64,000 bases of DNA from the NCBI RefSeq assembly GCF_009914755.1, contig NC_060925.1; one strand, given 5' to 3'. Position 1 is the first letter of the stretch, and each line of letters begins with the position of its first letter. The notes beneath the pieces were generated by a model. It saw nothing but the letters and a program-made list of their open reading frames with translations. It did no database searches and was not told the origin of the DNA. This document shows, one piece after another, positions 19,721-37,189 of the stretch. The translations under genes and the position numbers were made by a program. The stretch is from the human T2T-CHM13v2.0 reference genome, Homo sapiens.

Positions 19721-20227
19721 CACTTCATCTACCAATAAGAAGGAAAAGCCCACAGAAAGAGAAAAGTTAAAGATTAAATAAAGAAAGGGAAATATATTAA
19801 CAGGAAAAGGACTCTGAGGAGGTAAGGGATTAACCTCAAAAGAATGGACCTTTCATTACAAGCTGGAGGGAATAGGCAAGGGAAGGATGGGGAAAATGGT
19901 GAATGTGTAGTTTGGTGAGGAAGAAATTGAGGATATTTCATTTGAAGTTTTCTATTGTTTCTGTTAAACAGGATCTAGGATGAAGGGAATGCAGTAAAGT
20001 GACAGCTTTGAGAAACATGGAAGAGCTTTTAGACTGGAAAAACTCAAAAGAACAGCTAGTCTATATTGTTGTAGACTATGAGTTCATAGTGGCAAAAATC
20101 TACAGTGTTTTGTAATTTTCTTTAGAAACATTTAGTAGTCCAAATGTATATATGAAGAAGACAGAAGGTTATTTTAACCACAGTTGAGGTTTGCCAATAT
20201 GAGGCAAAGGAAGGACATGGGGCCAGG

Positions 20228-20441
20228 GCAGTTGTGCTAATAAACTGTATATTGGGTTGGGGAGTAAGAGGGAGTAGAGAAAGAGGTATCCCTGATTTGT
20301 AGCGTTTGCCCATTTCCATGGTATGAATACTCCCACCATGGCCAAATTTCAAGCTACCAATGACTTAACCGCCCCACTCAATTTCTGAATATTAAGAGCC
20401 ACTTTTGAGCTGGTAGTTTCTGACACTGGTACACCACAGGG
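20228..20441. mobile_element. hAT DNA transposon relic, MER63-like
   Basis: gatttgtagcgtttgcc...aatactcccaccatggcc...ttcaagctacc core with degenerate terminal repeats. Confidence 0.5.
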
Positions 20442-20711
20442 TTGAGGAGATGAGGCTAATAGCAGGAGAGTGGTTGACATGATGGGAAATGGAGTCTAAT
20501 TAATAGAAAAGAGAGTGAAGATAGATGGGACTGAAAGACTACAAGAAAAGGGCCTGGGAGAAGGGAACAAAGAATTATTGGACTCAGGAAGAATGGCGGA
20601 AGAGGAGATTAATTCCCTTATTGGGGGTTACCCAAGATAAAAAGCATCTTTTTCTCAAAAATTCATATATTTTAAAGAGAACTTTCTGATACTAGAAAGT
20701 AATATTGCCCT

Positions 20712-21000
20712 GGGCTCGCCCCTGTAATCTTAGCACCTTGGGAGGCTGAGGCGGGCAGATCGCCTGAGCTCAGGGCTTCAAGATGAGCCTGGCCAACATG
20801 GTGAAAACCCGTATCTACTAAAATACAAAAATTTCCCTAGGCATGGTGGCACGTGCCTATAATCCTAGCTACTCAGGAGGCTGAGGCGTGGGAATTGCTG
20901 GAGTCCGGGAGGTGGAGGTTGCAGTGAACTGACATTGCACCACTGCACTCCAGCCTGGGCGACAGAGTGAGACTCCATCTCAAAAAGAAAAAAAAAAAAA
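20712..21000 (+). mobile_element. AluS
   Basis: Alu dimer with A tail. Confidence 0.88.
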
Positions 21001-21944
21001 CTGCCCTGTGCTCATAATTTCCAGTGATCGCAGCAAAACCATGCCAATTACTATTTTGGCATTCATGGCCACCTCCTATGATTTACTTCTCTTTGTCCTA
21101 ATAATTCTGCCACCATCACTACCATTTTACTCTGATCACATGATTAAGGGTTGGAAATGCATTGTGGGAGGAATAGACAAAGATGGCAGAGGCAGTGCAG
21201 GTAGCGGGAATGAGGGAATGAGGAAGGGCACTCATGGTTAAAAACAGAATCCTGACCCAGCATCTTCTCACACACCAAAATTGTCTTCCTACCCCGTGCT
21301 AAAGAGGTAGCTACCAATGATAAGATGTTACTTATCACCTACTTGCCTCAGAAAATTCTAAGCTCTGCTCCAGCTCAATTACCTATATATTGTGCTGGAC
21401 TATTTTCTACTCTCCCAAAGTTGCAAATACAATTTGATCTTACCCCTCACAAATCATGTTTTTAATGAGACAGTGGTAGATTCCTTTATCTAGAATTTAA
21501 TTTTTTTTCTTCGAAGACCTCCATATTCATAACTGGATTTGAATGTTTTTGAAAATAACTTTCACAGTAGAGCAAAACTGTAAAGAACAATTGCATTAAA
21601 AGCAATTTACCTCTAATTTCTTCATGCTGTTTGCTATTTATTCCTGGCTGTTGTTGCTGTACGTGAACAAGAATGTACTCTCTGAAATAGAGGCTTTCTT
21701 TGAATTAGCACTGAGGTCCTACAGAAGTTTTTGTCAACTTCATGGATCTAAAATGTGTGCTTTTATGTACACCATTGAAAAGATTCACTTTTGATTAAAA
21801 CACATCTTGTGTTCCTTTTCTATAAAGACCTCTATATGTTGACAACCACATTTGAGTTGTTAGGTTTAGTGTCATAATCTTCTGCTGGAGAAATGTTATC
21901 ATGTTATAGGATACAGATGTGATAATTAACACATTGATAATAAA

Positions 21945-22240
<296 letters not shown>

Positions 22241-22506
22241 TTGATAATGAAGTAGTTTCTATATCAAAGCATTTGCCACTGTTTGCCTTTGAGACTTCTA
22301 TTAACACTCATAGTCTTCAGTGCACCTTAGATTGGGGTATTGTTTTGTTTTATTCCCAGTGAGCAGGGAACATGTTAATGTTGGACATGTTCTGAAACAG
22401 TTGATAACAGGCAGAGGAAACAGGTCAGAGCTCCAGATGCTTAGGCATCAGGCACCTTCCACATTTAAAAAACTCAGCTTTTGTGGCCCTTCCTAATCAG
22501 CTAGAA

Positions 22507-22780
22507 CAGTGGTCTCCTACCAGGGATCATTTTCATGGAAGACAATTTTTCCATGGTGGAGGGGGAGGGCATTAGATTCTCATAGACAGAGCAGTCTAGA
22601 TCCCTTGCATGTGCAGTTCACAATAGGGTTCACGCTCCTATGAAAATCTAATGCTACTGCTGATCAGACAGGAGGCAGAGCTCAGGCCATAATGCTTGCT
22701 CTCCCACGAGGCACCTCTTTCTGTGTGGCCCGGTTCCTAATGACCGGTACTGGTCCGCTGCCTGGTGGTAGGGACCCCTG
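22507..22780 (+). mobile_element. MER1B-like hAT-Charlie element
   Basis: Terminal repeats CAGTGGTCTCC and GGGACCCCTG; perfect 8-bp TSD AGCTAGAA at 22499-22506 and 22781-22788. Confidence 0.85.
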
Positions 22781-23544
22781 AGCTAGAACACATTTGTCTT
22801 CTTTATTTGCTTCTGCCATTTTGTTTCTACCCTGTACCTACTTCTGCCAGTCATTTTCTGGCAGTTCATTAAAAAGAAAGCCATGCATACATTTTAAAAT
22901 TAACCTGATGGGTAAACTAATGGATATAAAAATTGATTTATATTTGGGCAACTCTTTTCTTAGAAAAACAAATAGTAAACCATAGGAATAGAGCATTATG
23001 CCTTTATAGACGTTCCAAAATTGGAACTATGTGCATTCCATGCATAATTAACAACAAAAAGAACATCAGAATTGCTATCTCACCTAGTAGTTTATTTTTC
23101 TTCAAAAACTTTAAGTTTTCTTTTTTTCCCTGCACCTAATTCACGCCCAGCAGTCTTATAATGGATCAAAACCTAATGATTATGCTCTTAAATAAGAGTT
23201 TCCATATTTTGTTTACCTTTCTGAAGTGTTTTGCCAATTACCTTTTATCCAGTAGTTGTGATTTATATCTATCAGAGTTGCCATAACGTTAGAACTTGTC
23301 TTCACTATTGGGAACAGCAGTAATCAATAATTTTCCCGCAACCATTTACCGTGATTCTACATTTCTTTGAATTATTTTATTTATTTATTATCACTTGAAT
23401 TCATATTAACATTATGTTTAAAGTGTGCTTCATGATTTGTATTTGGGGATCCGATTTACAGAAGAAAAGAAAACATTCCTCTGAACCCTTGTTGCTTCTC
23501 ACTGGAAATAATTTCATTATGTTAGGCAACAATAAAAATAAATG

Positions 23545-23820
23545 AAGAGAGGTTGGTTAATGAGCACACAAGCATACACTTTGATAGAAGGAATAAGTTA
23601 TAGTATTCAGTAGCACATCAGGGTGACTATAGTTAATAATTTATTGTGTACTTCAAAATAGAAGATTCAAAAGGTTCCCAACAAAAAGAATTGACACATG
23701 TTTGAGGTGATCGATATCCTAGTACTCTGATGTAATCATTACACATAGCATTCAGGGAGCAAAATATCGCATGTTCTCCATAAATATGTACAATTATTAT
23801 GTATCAGTAAAAATAAATTA
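23545..23820 (+). mobile_element. L1MA-type 3' end
   Basis: agggtgactatagttaataatttattgt...ataaatatgtacaattattatgtatc. Confidence 0.7.
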
Positions 23821-23826
23821 GAAATT

Positions 23827-24475
<649 letters not shown>

Positions 24476-25564
24476 ACTTAAATGAAACTTAGGTGTTTCA
24501 GATAAGTTACATTAGGAAGGTTGGGCCATTGGATCCTGAGGGTTTAGTGTTCTAAACACTTAAAGCACAACTGTTTTAGATACCAATGCCTGTACTCTGG
24601 GGAATATAAAATATAATTATATTAGATTTACTGAGTAATTATTCATATTTTCATTTCTCCAACTCAGATCCATTTACCTTGCAAATAACTAAATCTAATT
24701 AATATTCTGGAGAAATTGCTTATTTCACTCTTGGGCCTTTTTCTCTCCTCCTCTCTCCCCTACTGTTCCTAAAAAAAAATTTTTTTTTTGAAATGGTGGC
24801 AGCAACATGTAAATGACCATAGCAACCAAAAAAAGCGAAATATTTTAAATGTTGTTCACATATCTCCAACTGTTGTTTGTCAAGCCTTCTGAAGTTCCAC
24901 TTAAAGACAACAAACTACTGAGGAGAAAATTATATTCCTTGCTGTAGTTAATAGTTGTGATCAAATGGACATTCTTTTCTCATTGCCAAACCCTCTGACT
25001 TGGGGATTTTGTTACTTCAACCTGTGAGAGGAACAGAGCTATTGCTTTCATCTAGAACATCTACCTTTTGCCTTTTTTCTTAGCCTGAGGCACTTCCTAC
25101 CCAAATCATTACTGTATATGTAGTTAATATAGTCTCTTTTAAATACTCATTATTGGTTTTGCTTTTTTGATTTTTATAATGTGAAGGAATCTTGGAGTAC
25201 AAACGACATAAAGAGGTGGTAAAACAGTGTTCTGATAGTAGTTTAGGCTAGGAGAAGCGTCACGTTCTCATTGTGGCACAAGTTCAACAGATTTATCAGT
25301 GTGTTAGCCTTTCCAGGCACTGCCTTATTCTGTTATCCCTAACCCGTAGAGTCACCATACTTTCTACTAACTCTTGCTACTTTTATCCTGAAAAGTTTTA
25401 GCTGAAGTTTCTTACAAAATTGGTTCCTGAAGAGGTCATACTTTTGTTTCTGTTTCTCATGTCTGCTGTTTTACATCTGCATTCATTTTCTAGGGATGCC
25501 CTAACAAAATAAATACACACTGGAAGGATTCTTTACTCAACTTTTATTTTAGAATCGAGGGTGT

Positions 25565-25903
<339 letters not shown>

Positions 25904-26189
25904 TCACATGAATATATTGCGAGATGCTGAGGCTTGGAGTACAAAGGAATCTCTCACCCAGATAGTGAGCTTGGTGCGCAACAGGTGGTTTTTCAGCTCT
26001 TGGCTACTTCCTGCCTCCCTCAAATAGTCCTGAGTATCTGTTGTTCCCATCTCTATGTCCAGGTGTACTCAATGTTTAGCTCCCACTTATAAGTAAAACA
26101 TGCAGTATTTGGTTTTCTGTTTGTGCATTAGTTTGCTTAGGATAATGACCTCCAGTTGCATCCACGTTGCTGCAGAAAAGGTGATTTCA

Positions 26190-26484
26190 GTTTTCTTTTT
26201 TTCTTTTTTTGGAGACAGAGTTTCACTCTCATTGCCCAGGCTGGAGTGCAATGGTGCGATCTTCCCTCACGCCTCTCGGGTTCAAGTGATTCTCCTGCCT
26301 CAGCCTCCTGAATAGCTGGGAATACAGGTGTGTGCCACCATCCTCAGCTAATTTTTGTATTATTAGTAGAGATGGGGTTTCACCATGTTGGCCAGGCTGC
26401 TCTTGAACTCCTGACCTCAGGTAATCCACCTGCCTCGGCCTCTGAAAGTGCTGAGATTACAAGCGTGAGCCACCACGCCCGGCC
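26190..26484 (-). mobile_element. AluS inside L1
   Basis: Reverse Alu dimer. Confidence 0.88.
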
Positions 26485-27544
26485 ACCACATTTTCTTTAT
26501 CCAGTCCACCGTTGATAGGCACCTGCTTGATTCTAAGTCTTTGCTGTTATGAATAGCTTTGTGGTGAACATACAGGTACATGTGTCTTTTTGGTAGAACA
26601 ATTTATTTTCCTCTGCGTGTATACCCAGTAATGGGATTGCTGGTTCAAATAGTAATTCAACATTTCTTTGATAAATCTCTAATCTGTTCACCGCAGTGGC
26701 TAGAGTAATTTACATTCCCACCAACAATGTATAAGCATTCCCTTTTCTCTGCGGCCTCGCCAACATCTTATTTTTTGACATTTTAACAAAAGCCATTCTG
26801 ACTGGTGTGACATGGTATCTCATTGTGGTTTTGATTTGCATTTCTCTGATGATTAGTGATGATGAGCATTTCTTCATATGTGTTTAGGCTGGTTGGATGC
26901 ATAGACTGGGAGGCTTAAACAACAGAAATTTGCTTTCTCACAGTTCTGAAGGTTAGAAGTCCAAGATCAAGATGTTGGCAGGGTTGATTTCTTTTGAGGC
27001 CTCTCTTCTTGGTTTCCACATGGGATGGTCACCATCTCATTGTATCCTCACATGATTATTCCTCTGTCTATATTATCTGTGTCCTAATCTCTCTCTGTCT
27101 TTGTTTTTTTTTAAGAGATGGTGTCTCACCATGTTGCCCAGACTGGTGTGCAGTGGCTAGTCACAGGTGTGATTATAGCTCACTGCAATCTTGAACTACT
27201 GGGCTCAAACGATCCTCATGGCTTAGCCTCCTACTGAGTAGCAAGGACTATAGGCATGTGCCACTGTGCCCAGCTCTAATCTCTTTTTATAAGGACACCA
27301 GTCATATTGGATTAGAGCCCACCCTAAGGACCCATTTTAACTTAATTGTCTCTTTAAAGGCCTTATCTCCCAATACAGATACTGGCTGTCTCTGTGTGTT
27401 CATGACTTTTGCTGGCACATCTGTAGCCCCAGGTCCCTTTCTCCAGCTTGCCACTCCTACATATTTTTCCCTTATGATTCTATGCTGTTTGCCATTTTTG
27501 TTTGAAAGCAGTGCATTGGTTAACAATAACTTTGTAGTGATAGC

Positions 27545-27765
27545 AACCACCATAGCAATAATGTCCTGCTTCCTTGTATGCCTGGCATGTTTATCATTTA
27601 ATCATCACAACACCATGAAGTAAATACTCTTATTGACCCAATTCTATAGATCAGAAAACAGGCCTAGAATGTGTAAGTCCCTAATGAAGGCTACTTGGCT
27701 AATAAATGACAAAGCCAAATTTTGAATCCAGGCAGTATGGTTTCAGAGTCTTTGCTTTACTACCT
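27545..27765 (-). mobile_element. MIR
   Basis: tttaatcatcacaacaccatgaagta...tttgaatccaggcagt. Confidence 0.65.
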
Positions 27766-27874
27766 CTTTTACTCACTATTTTTGTACTAATCTTACACTT
27801 TACTACATATTTTCTGAAGGCAGTCAAAATTTAAAAGTTGATTATTACTGCCAGTATTTATCAGTCGCATAATG

Positions 27875-28130
27875 TATTTATTTTTATTTTCTGAGACAGG
27901 GTGTCACTCCATCACCTAGGCTAGAGTGTAGTGGTGTGATCACAGCTCACTGCAGCTTCAACCTCCTAGGTTCAAGAGATCCTCTCATCACAGCTACTGG
28001 AGTAGCTGGGACTACAGGCGCATGCCACCACAACCAGCTAATTTGTGTGTGTGTGTGTGTGTGTATGTGTGTATGTGTGTGTGTGTGTATATATATATGT
28101 GTGTGTGTATATATATATGTGTGTGTGTGT

Positions 28131-28165
<35 letters not shown>

Positions 28166-28273
28166 TAGAGACAGGGTTCTGTCATGTTGCCCAAACTCCT
28201 GGGCTCAAGTGATCCACCTGCATCAGCCTCCCAAAGTGCTAGGATTACAGGCATGAGCCATCACACCCAGCCC
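27875..28273 (-). mobile_element. AluJ with microsatellite-expanded linker
   Basis: Two Alu arms separated by a (TG)n/(TA)n tract. Confidence 0.85.
28044..28162. repeat. Compound (TG)n(TA)n microsatellite
   Basis: Directly visible. Confidence 0.95.
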
Positions 28274-28803
28274 AGTAACAGAATTTAAAACTACTCTAGT
28301 GCAGTATGATCATTTACATGGCATCCACTCATTCTTTCACTTAATCTTTACCACTTATTATGTACCCACTAGGTCCTAGTACTGCAGTAGGCACTCCATT
28401 CAGTTATGATCATAACAGAAAATATTCCTATCCTCCTGAAGCTTTCAGGATAATGGAAGGGACAGATAACACAAAAATAATATAAAATCGCAAGTTGTGA
28501 TAAATGTTACAAAAGGAAACAGAAAGTTGTTTTAAGACAGAAAATAGTAGGAAGCTAACTTAGATTGAGGAATGATGATCAAGGAGAACTTTTCTGAGGA
28601 AGTGACATTGTAAGTTGAGGCCCTAACAGACCAATAGGAGCTAACCAGCTAAAGAGGAATAATTAAGTATGCTTTTAGAGGAGCTTGTATTTCTGGAAAA
28701 ATAGTAGACTAGATGTCAATATAAGTTCTGCCTAAAATAATTAAAAATTTTTAATGTGTGGCTTAGTAGGAAAATAAGGAGCATTTTTAGAAGCCAGGAA
28801 TTA

Positions 28804-29249
<446 letters not shown>

Positions 29250-29449
29250 TCAAAGACTTCTCTCTCAGTAAGTGAACTAGGAGAAAAAGCCCATCCCCGC
29301 CCCCCCCGCCGCCCCCCATTAACCTGTTCTTCCCACAGACATGCTGTTGGGATAATTGCCTGTCTTAACCTTAGTGCTTGAATGGGTGGGAGTCATATAT
29401 ATCAATTATATTTTTATATGCAAATACATTTCATCATAAAAAGAAAAGC

Positions 29450-29970
29450 ATAAAACTCTCTAGACAAGCAATACTATATTGCAAGGCCCTCAGTAAGAAA
29501 GGTATTTAGCCTTTTTCAAAAAAGTAAAAGGCTGGTACACATAGAACAAAATAAGTGCTGGAAAATGAGGTTGGAGATGAAGCCAGGGACCAGATTCATG
29601 CAGGTCCTTGAAGGCCTTGGTTAAGAGTTTGAATTGTATCCTGCAAATCTTTTGAAGGGTTCCTCTCTAAAGATGGAAGGAGAGAGGAAACTGTAGCAGT
29701 ATTCCAGGTGAGAGGGAGATATGACTTGGATTAGAGGAAACTGGAAGAAATGAATGGATTAAAGATACATTTTGAAGGTAAAATGTGTCTAACCTGCTGA
29801 TAAATTAGATGAAAGACTTGAGAGTGAGTAAAATATAAAGGGTTATTCCTAAGCACCTGACTTGAAAAACTGCTTGTCCAAAAGTCTTTTTTTCTGAGCT
29901 GAGGAAGTCAGGAGGAAATTTGGAGGGGGGAATGATCAAGAGTTCAGTTTTAGAAATATTAAGTTTGATA
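29450..29970 (-). mobile_element. L2 fragment (a further piece at about 28340-28650)
   Basis: Purine-rich L2-like sequence. Confidence 0.55.
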
Positions 29971-30252
29971 AATAAAGAATGCTAATGGAGATGGTACCAC
30001 TGATATAATAAAACTAAAGAGGTTTTTAAAATATTCTTAGTTAGTTGAACTCGTAATCGAACAAGTCAGGATGTAATGATAATGAAAACTTACCTTTTAT
30101 AGGCAATTCAATTTATAGTAAATTTCACTGAGAGGCAAATTTTTTAAAGTAGAATTTCAATGCAATAAATACACCATTCATTTAAATTCACATTCCTGGG
30201 ACAGAAGAGCTGGATGAATTTGCAGATAAAGTAAAATATTTGGAGAGAGACG

Positions 30253-30810
30253 CTGTGGCAGAGATTGGCTAACTGTTCACCAAATCTATTTTCTTTTCTT
30301 TCTGCTGACACAGCTGGACTATATTTCCCAGCCTCCTCTGGCTTCTAAAATTATTTTCTTTTCTGTTTTATAAGATGATAATAAAACTCTGTTCTCATAG
30401 GGATTGTGATGAGCAAACTAAAATCAGTTCTGAATTGTCAAACGTGAAATAAAAATTCATTTTTATTAGTATAGGCATGTGACTGAGACTGGGCCAAGGA
30501 ATGGGAATAAAAGTGATGTATATTTCTTCCTTTGGTCTGGTTATGTAAAAAAAAAATTCCTTATGCAGCTTTCATGCTGTCTATCCCTTGTGTCAACTGG
30601 ATATTGGCACCCAAAGTGACCTCGGAAGCCACACATTGAGGGTGAAAGAACCACCTTCAGTTGAAATTCCTAAAATGACGGCATGGTTCAGAATCCCCAT
30701 GCCTACTTTTCTGCCATCTGAACTTTGCATAAACAAAAAAATAAACTATTATTTTAAATCATTGAGATTCTGTAATTCAACTGCTTCAGCAGCTAGCATA
30801 TATTAAAAGA
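30253..30810 (+). mobile_element. Old MLT1-type LTR with internal ~112-bp insert
   Basis: ctatatttcccagcctcc...catgtgactgag...aataaactattattttaaatcattgagatt. Confidence 0.55.
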
Positions 30811-31604
30811 TGTTAATTTGATTTCAAGGTGGTATCAAGAACATAATTTTATTCCCATTCATTTCTTTTCTCTTTTTTTTCAACATGTATTTTCTGTCAT
30901 ACATGACCAGGCAAATTGAGTAGATTAGGATGTTAGGAGGTTTGTACAGGGAGTGAGGGAAGCTAAGATGTTTGAGGTATGAGAGAGGAGTTGAAGGATA
31001 TACTTTCTTTCTATGCTCCATATCAGATAATCTGTTTTTCTCTCTCCCTCTGTCTGACCCAGTAATTCATTTCAAAGATGTATTCTTCTGTAGCTATTTC
31101 TTTCCACCTGCTAATAGCACCCTCATTGTAAAACAGAGACTTGATGACAATCTTGATCTCTCTCTTCTTGCCCAGTTTAATAATCAAGTTTTTACACTGG
31201 GATACAAAATAATCATAAATCAAAGTTGAGAAATATGTTTTCTTCCTTTGTACATCTGATAGTAGATTTCATAGTATCTCTTGAGGTAAACGCTTTTGAG
31301 AGTATGCAAAGTGTGACATATCTCTGATAGGACTTGCTGAAGCCAGAATGTGCCCTCTGTATCTTTGGCCAATGGATTAGCCAGCTAGACATACTCTGAC
31401 ATTGTTCTCTGTTATATTTACTTATCAGTCTTTTTGCATTGTTGGCTTCATCGCTCCTTCTCTTGAGGGAAGGTATGAGGTAAATTCAGTTCCCTATGCT
31501 GAACACCCAGCATGATTCCTGGCAAAATGATATTATAAGTGCTTTGTAACTCCTTGGATGAAAACCAAATGAATGCTGAAAGTAGTGTGGTATGTATCTG
31601 ACTA

Positions 31605-31918
<314 letters not shown>

Positions 31919-33343
31919 TGTTCCTTGTAGAATGAATTTTCTGTATTATTCACTATAAAGAATTTATTTTTAACCACATCAATAATATGTCTATAAGATA
32001 TAGGTCATTACCTGGAAATTGAAAATATTTTTATGAGAAACTTCTCATTATGATGTTTATTGTGTAAGGATCTTAAGTTGTTATCACCTTTGTTTGATGA
32101 ATGTATCTTCTACTTGTGTACTCTAAAAAATTATCAGATTATTTTTATGATTGGTAGAGTTTATAGTTTTGCAAGAATTGGGCAAATCTCACACACAGGG
32201 ACAGGTGGAAGAGCATGCCCCCATGAGAGCTTTAAAGGAATACATTCTGGCCCTGTGGAGAATTGCCTCCTCTTCAATTCCAGTGGCATATGGTTAGATT
32301 TGGGCAAACAAATGCTATGCCAAATATGGCATTTATTGCCTCAGTTCAGATGCCAGGCCAGGCTGAAGTTTACAGCTGTGTCCTGGTTGAAATTCTAAAA
32401 CAAAAGGAGTTTATTCTTTTAATCTAGTGTACCCCTAATCTAGAATGATGGCATTGTTAGCATCTAGAATTATTTTCTTTCCCATTTTATATGATGATAA
32501 TAAAAGCTATTCTCATAGGAATTGTTATGAGCAGACCTAAATTCAGTGCTGATTTGTCAAAAGTGAAATAAAAAAATCTTTTGTCTGTGTGGTCTTAGGT
32601 GGCAGAAATGTAATTATAAGTAAGCCCTAATTTCTGCTAGGTATACTAGTGCTTGACCCTAGTGAATGGATAGTCTCTTTATAGAAGTAGATATATTAAT
32701 CCCTTTAACCCCTTGAAAACTAGTAGTAGTAGCTATTTGATATACCTCTTTCCAAAAAGTTTCTAGCTGGCCAGGCTAAGTTCTCATGCCTTTGGTGGTA
32801 TAGCATATGGACATTTATCTTGGCAGTGATTACGTGTAAGTATAAAAGAAATACTTAAAATGCAATAAAATGAGCATATCTGTTTCACAAGACTAATGTT
32901 TCTTGCTAATCATAGAGAACCTAGGATAAAATGCATAATGTTGATCATTGGAACTGAGGAAAGCTTAACAATTATACTATATTGGATAGGTGAAATCTAG
33001 GAGTTTCTGTATACCCAGAGTCCTTTCCTAAGGGGTCCTACCTGTAGCCTCTTGCTAAGGATACCAACTCTAGCTAGATACATATAGATGGCCATGTTCT
33101 ATATTGCATGACTTTACCATCTTGACCACATCTCAGAACATTTGACCTAAAGCATTCAGGTAGCTTGAAGGCTGACAGATTTAACGACCTAGTACAAGTG
33201 TTTTATCTAACTGATGATAGTGACATAGTGGACTGATCAGATGTTCTTTCTTAGGAAATTTTTAATTTGAAATAGAGAGTATTATTTGATAGGAGCAAAC
33301 ACCAACTGCTTAACCAGAAAAAGAGGCAGACAAAAATGACATG

Positions 33344-33612
33344 GGCCGGGCGCTGTGGCTCACGCTTGTAATCCCAGCACTTTGGGAGGCCGAGGCGGGC
33401 GGATCACGAGGTCAGGGGATCGAGACCACAGTGAAACCCCGTCTCTACTAAAAATACAAAAAATTAGCCGGGCTTGCTGGCGGGCGCCTGTAGTCCCAGC
33501 TACTCGGAGAGGCTGAGGCGGGAGAATGGCGTGAACCCGGGAGGCGGAGCTTGTAGTGAGCCGAGATCGCACCACTGCACTCCAGCCTGGGCGACAAAGC
33601 GAGACTCCGTCT

Positions 33613-33651
<39 letters not shown>
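33344..33651 (+). mobile_element. Young AluY with 12-bp left-arm deletion (AluYd-like)
   Basis: gatcgagacca^cagtgaaaccccg; CpG-rich; 38-A tail; TSD AAAAATGACATG. Confidence 0.85.
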
Positions 33652-33653
<2 letters not shown>

Positions 33654-33725
33654 ACATGAGTCAGTAGAAGCCATGAATAAGCAAGAGTGACAAGTAAGTA
33701 TGAGCTAAGTCATGAACTTTTTTAC

Positions 33726-33728
33726 GTG

Positions 33729-33761
<33 letters not shown>
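33726..33761. repeat. (TG)n microsatellite
   Basis: Directly visible. Confidence 0.9.
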
Positions 33762-35235
33762 TGGTAGGGGTGGGGGTAGATACATATATTTAAATTGTAT
33801 CTGTGGGGGAAGAGGATGGTCAACAAATTGCTGCCAAGGGGATAAAGAACTAATTACATCATTACTTATCTATTGGATTCTGAACAACTTGAAATTCTCC
33901 ATCTGTGTTCCTATACTTTTCATGAGACCTGGTTAAACTACTTTCCATGAGTTCCCATAAGGCCTAGCCACAAAACATACCTTTGTTCCTTATTTTCATG
34001 TGAAACCTTACAATAGCTGTTCCCAGTTACCCCTCTCACATGCACATCCACACACAGATACTTGAGACAACTTTACTGAGTCTCTATTCTTTGTGGTCAA
34101 AGGATCCTAATTTATACAGCTGTTCTATGAGTTCAGTGTTTATTATTTTAGCTCTGTAACCAAGGCAAGGACTGATGAACAATAGCAGTTTTGTGGCCAC
34201 CCAAGAATATATTGACCTTGAATAGGAAAAAGTAACGTATATAATCCTAATTGTTTAAGAGAGGTGATGCATTACAGGGAGGGCTCAGAGAAAGATGGCT
34301 AACACTAATAGCACATGTTGGCATTGAGGAGACTACGTGGAAATGTGCATTTAGCAAAATAGCTTCAGAACAATATTTTTTCTTTCTCCCCTATTAGATT
34401 TTGAGTTCCTGAAGCACTCACCTTGGTGTGCCTCACCAATTCCCAGGAGAGGGCTCTGTATATAATAGGTGAAACACTATTGAGTACATAATGTGGCCCA
34501 GCTATGGTTCTGTCTTAAGGTTTAGCAGCAGCTTTGAACTGCCTGGTAAAAATATTTTTTCAGGCAGACTAAACTGAACTGAAGAGAGAGATACAAGTTA
34601 GAGACAAGAGTCGGATTTCCAGAAATTTCTGGGAGAGATAGATATAGACAGTGTAGAACAGCCAAGAAACTATGGGAGGAATTTCAAGGAACCAGATAAT
34701 ATATGCATAATGTTGGTCATCAGAACTAAGGAAAGCTGAACTATTATACTATATTAGATAGGCCATTCACATTTAGGGGACTAAGGACCAGAACATACTG
34801 TTATCTAGAACATCAGAACATCTGCAGAGCACAGAACAGCATAGCATTTGGCCAGAAAGCATGACATAGAGTATGGGATAGAGGAGGAGAATTGGCAAAA
34901 AATAAATTCTAGATTCTGATTTTTAAAATGACAGAACAAAGATTACAGCATTATTTTCCTTCTCCCTTACAAATTATCCAACTGCACTGGGAGAGCAACA
35001 TGGTAGAAACATGAACCCTATCTTCAAAGAAAGATATATGCACAACTCCAGACTACAAAATGTGATGAAGAATGATAAATGCAGTTAAAAATGCCCACAG
35101 CTGCAGATCTCACACAAAGCTGGCAGAACTTTCTAGGGGGCAAAACCAATAATGCCCAGTTTATGGGATAGGATTTGTGTACTAGCAGCAGGAGCTTTCT
35201 TGGCCTTCCTAGGGTATAAAGAAGAAAGCGGGGGT

Positions 35236-36552
<1,317 letters not shown>

Positions 36553-37189
36553 AGAATAACTTTCTTTTTTTTTTTTGATATAGGAAGTCCTTTATTTTGT
36601 CATGTGAAACCATATAACAGCTGCCTAACCACAATGTAGATGCCAATAGGAGATGGCTCAGAAATAGCACTAGTGACTCAAATAGTGACCATTATGATAA
36701 AAGGAATAAAGTTTTGACTGATTTATAGCAGTTTTAAAATGCGTTTTATATTGAGTAGTTATTTCATGTTTTCTCAAAAGAATTATTATGTTAAACCAAA
36801 AATAAACTAGGTATATAGTTTGTTCATATAACAAATCTACATTCAAAGACATGCTTACAAATTTTCCACTTAGTCCATTTTTCTGTTCTTAGCATTACTA
36901 CAAATGCCTCCTTCCGTCATCATGTTGAATTCTTCAGCATCTTCTATATCATTTCCAGGGGCATCTCTGGGAAGTAGTGATGCCTGTCTTCCTTCAGAAG
37001 CACTGATAACCCCAATATACCCACAGTACACACATTTTCCCTCTCCTGAGGTGTGCTACTTTTTGGCACAACAGAAAAAACTCATTACTAGGATTTGAAA
37101 ACCTAAATTCTGGGCCTGGTTAGGTCATAAACTACAGAACCATAGATCATATATTCTCCCCAGGAGCCTGTTTCTCCACTGCATAAATA

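Noticed and set aside
32490-32553. Box C/D snoRNA
   Set aside because: No terminal stem, the paralogous copy lacks a good box C, and the sequence looks MIR-like.
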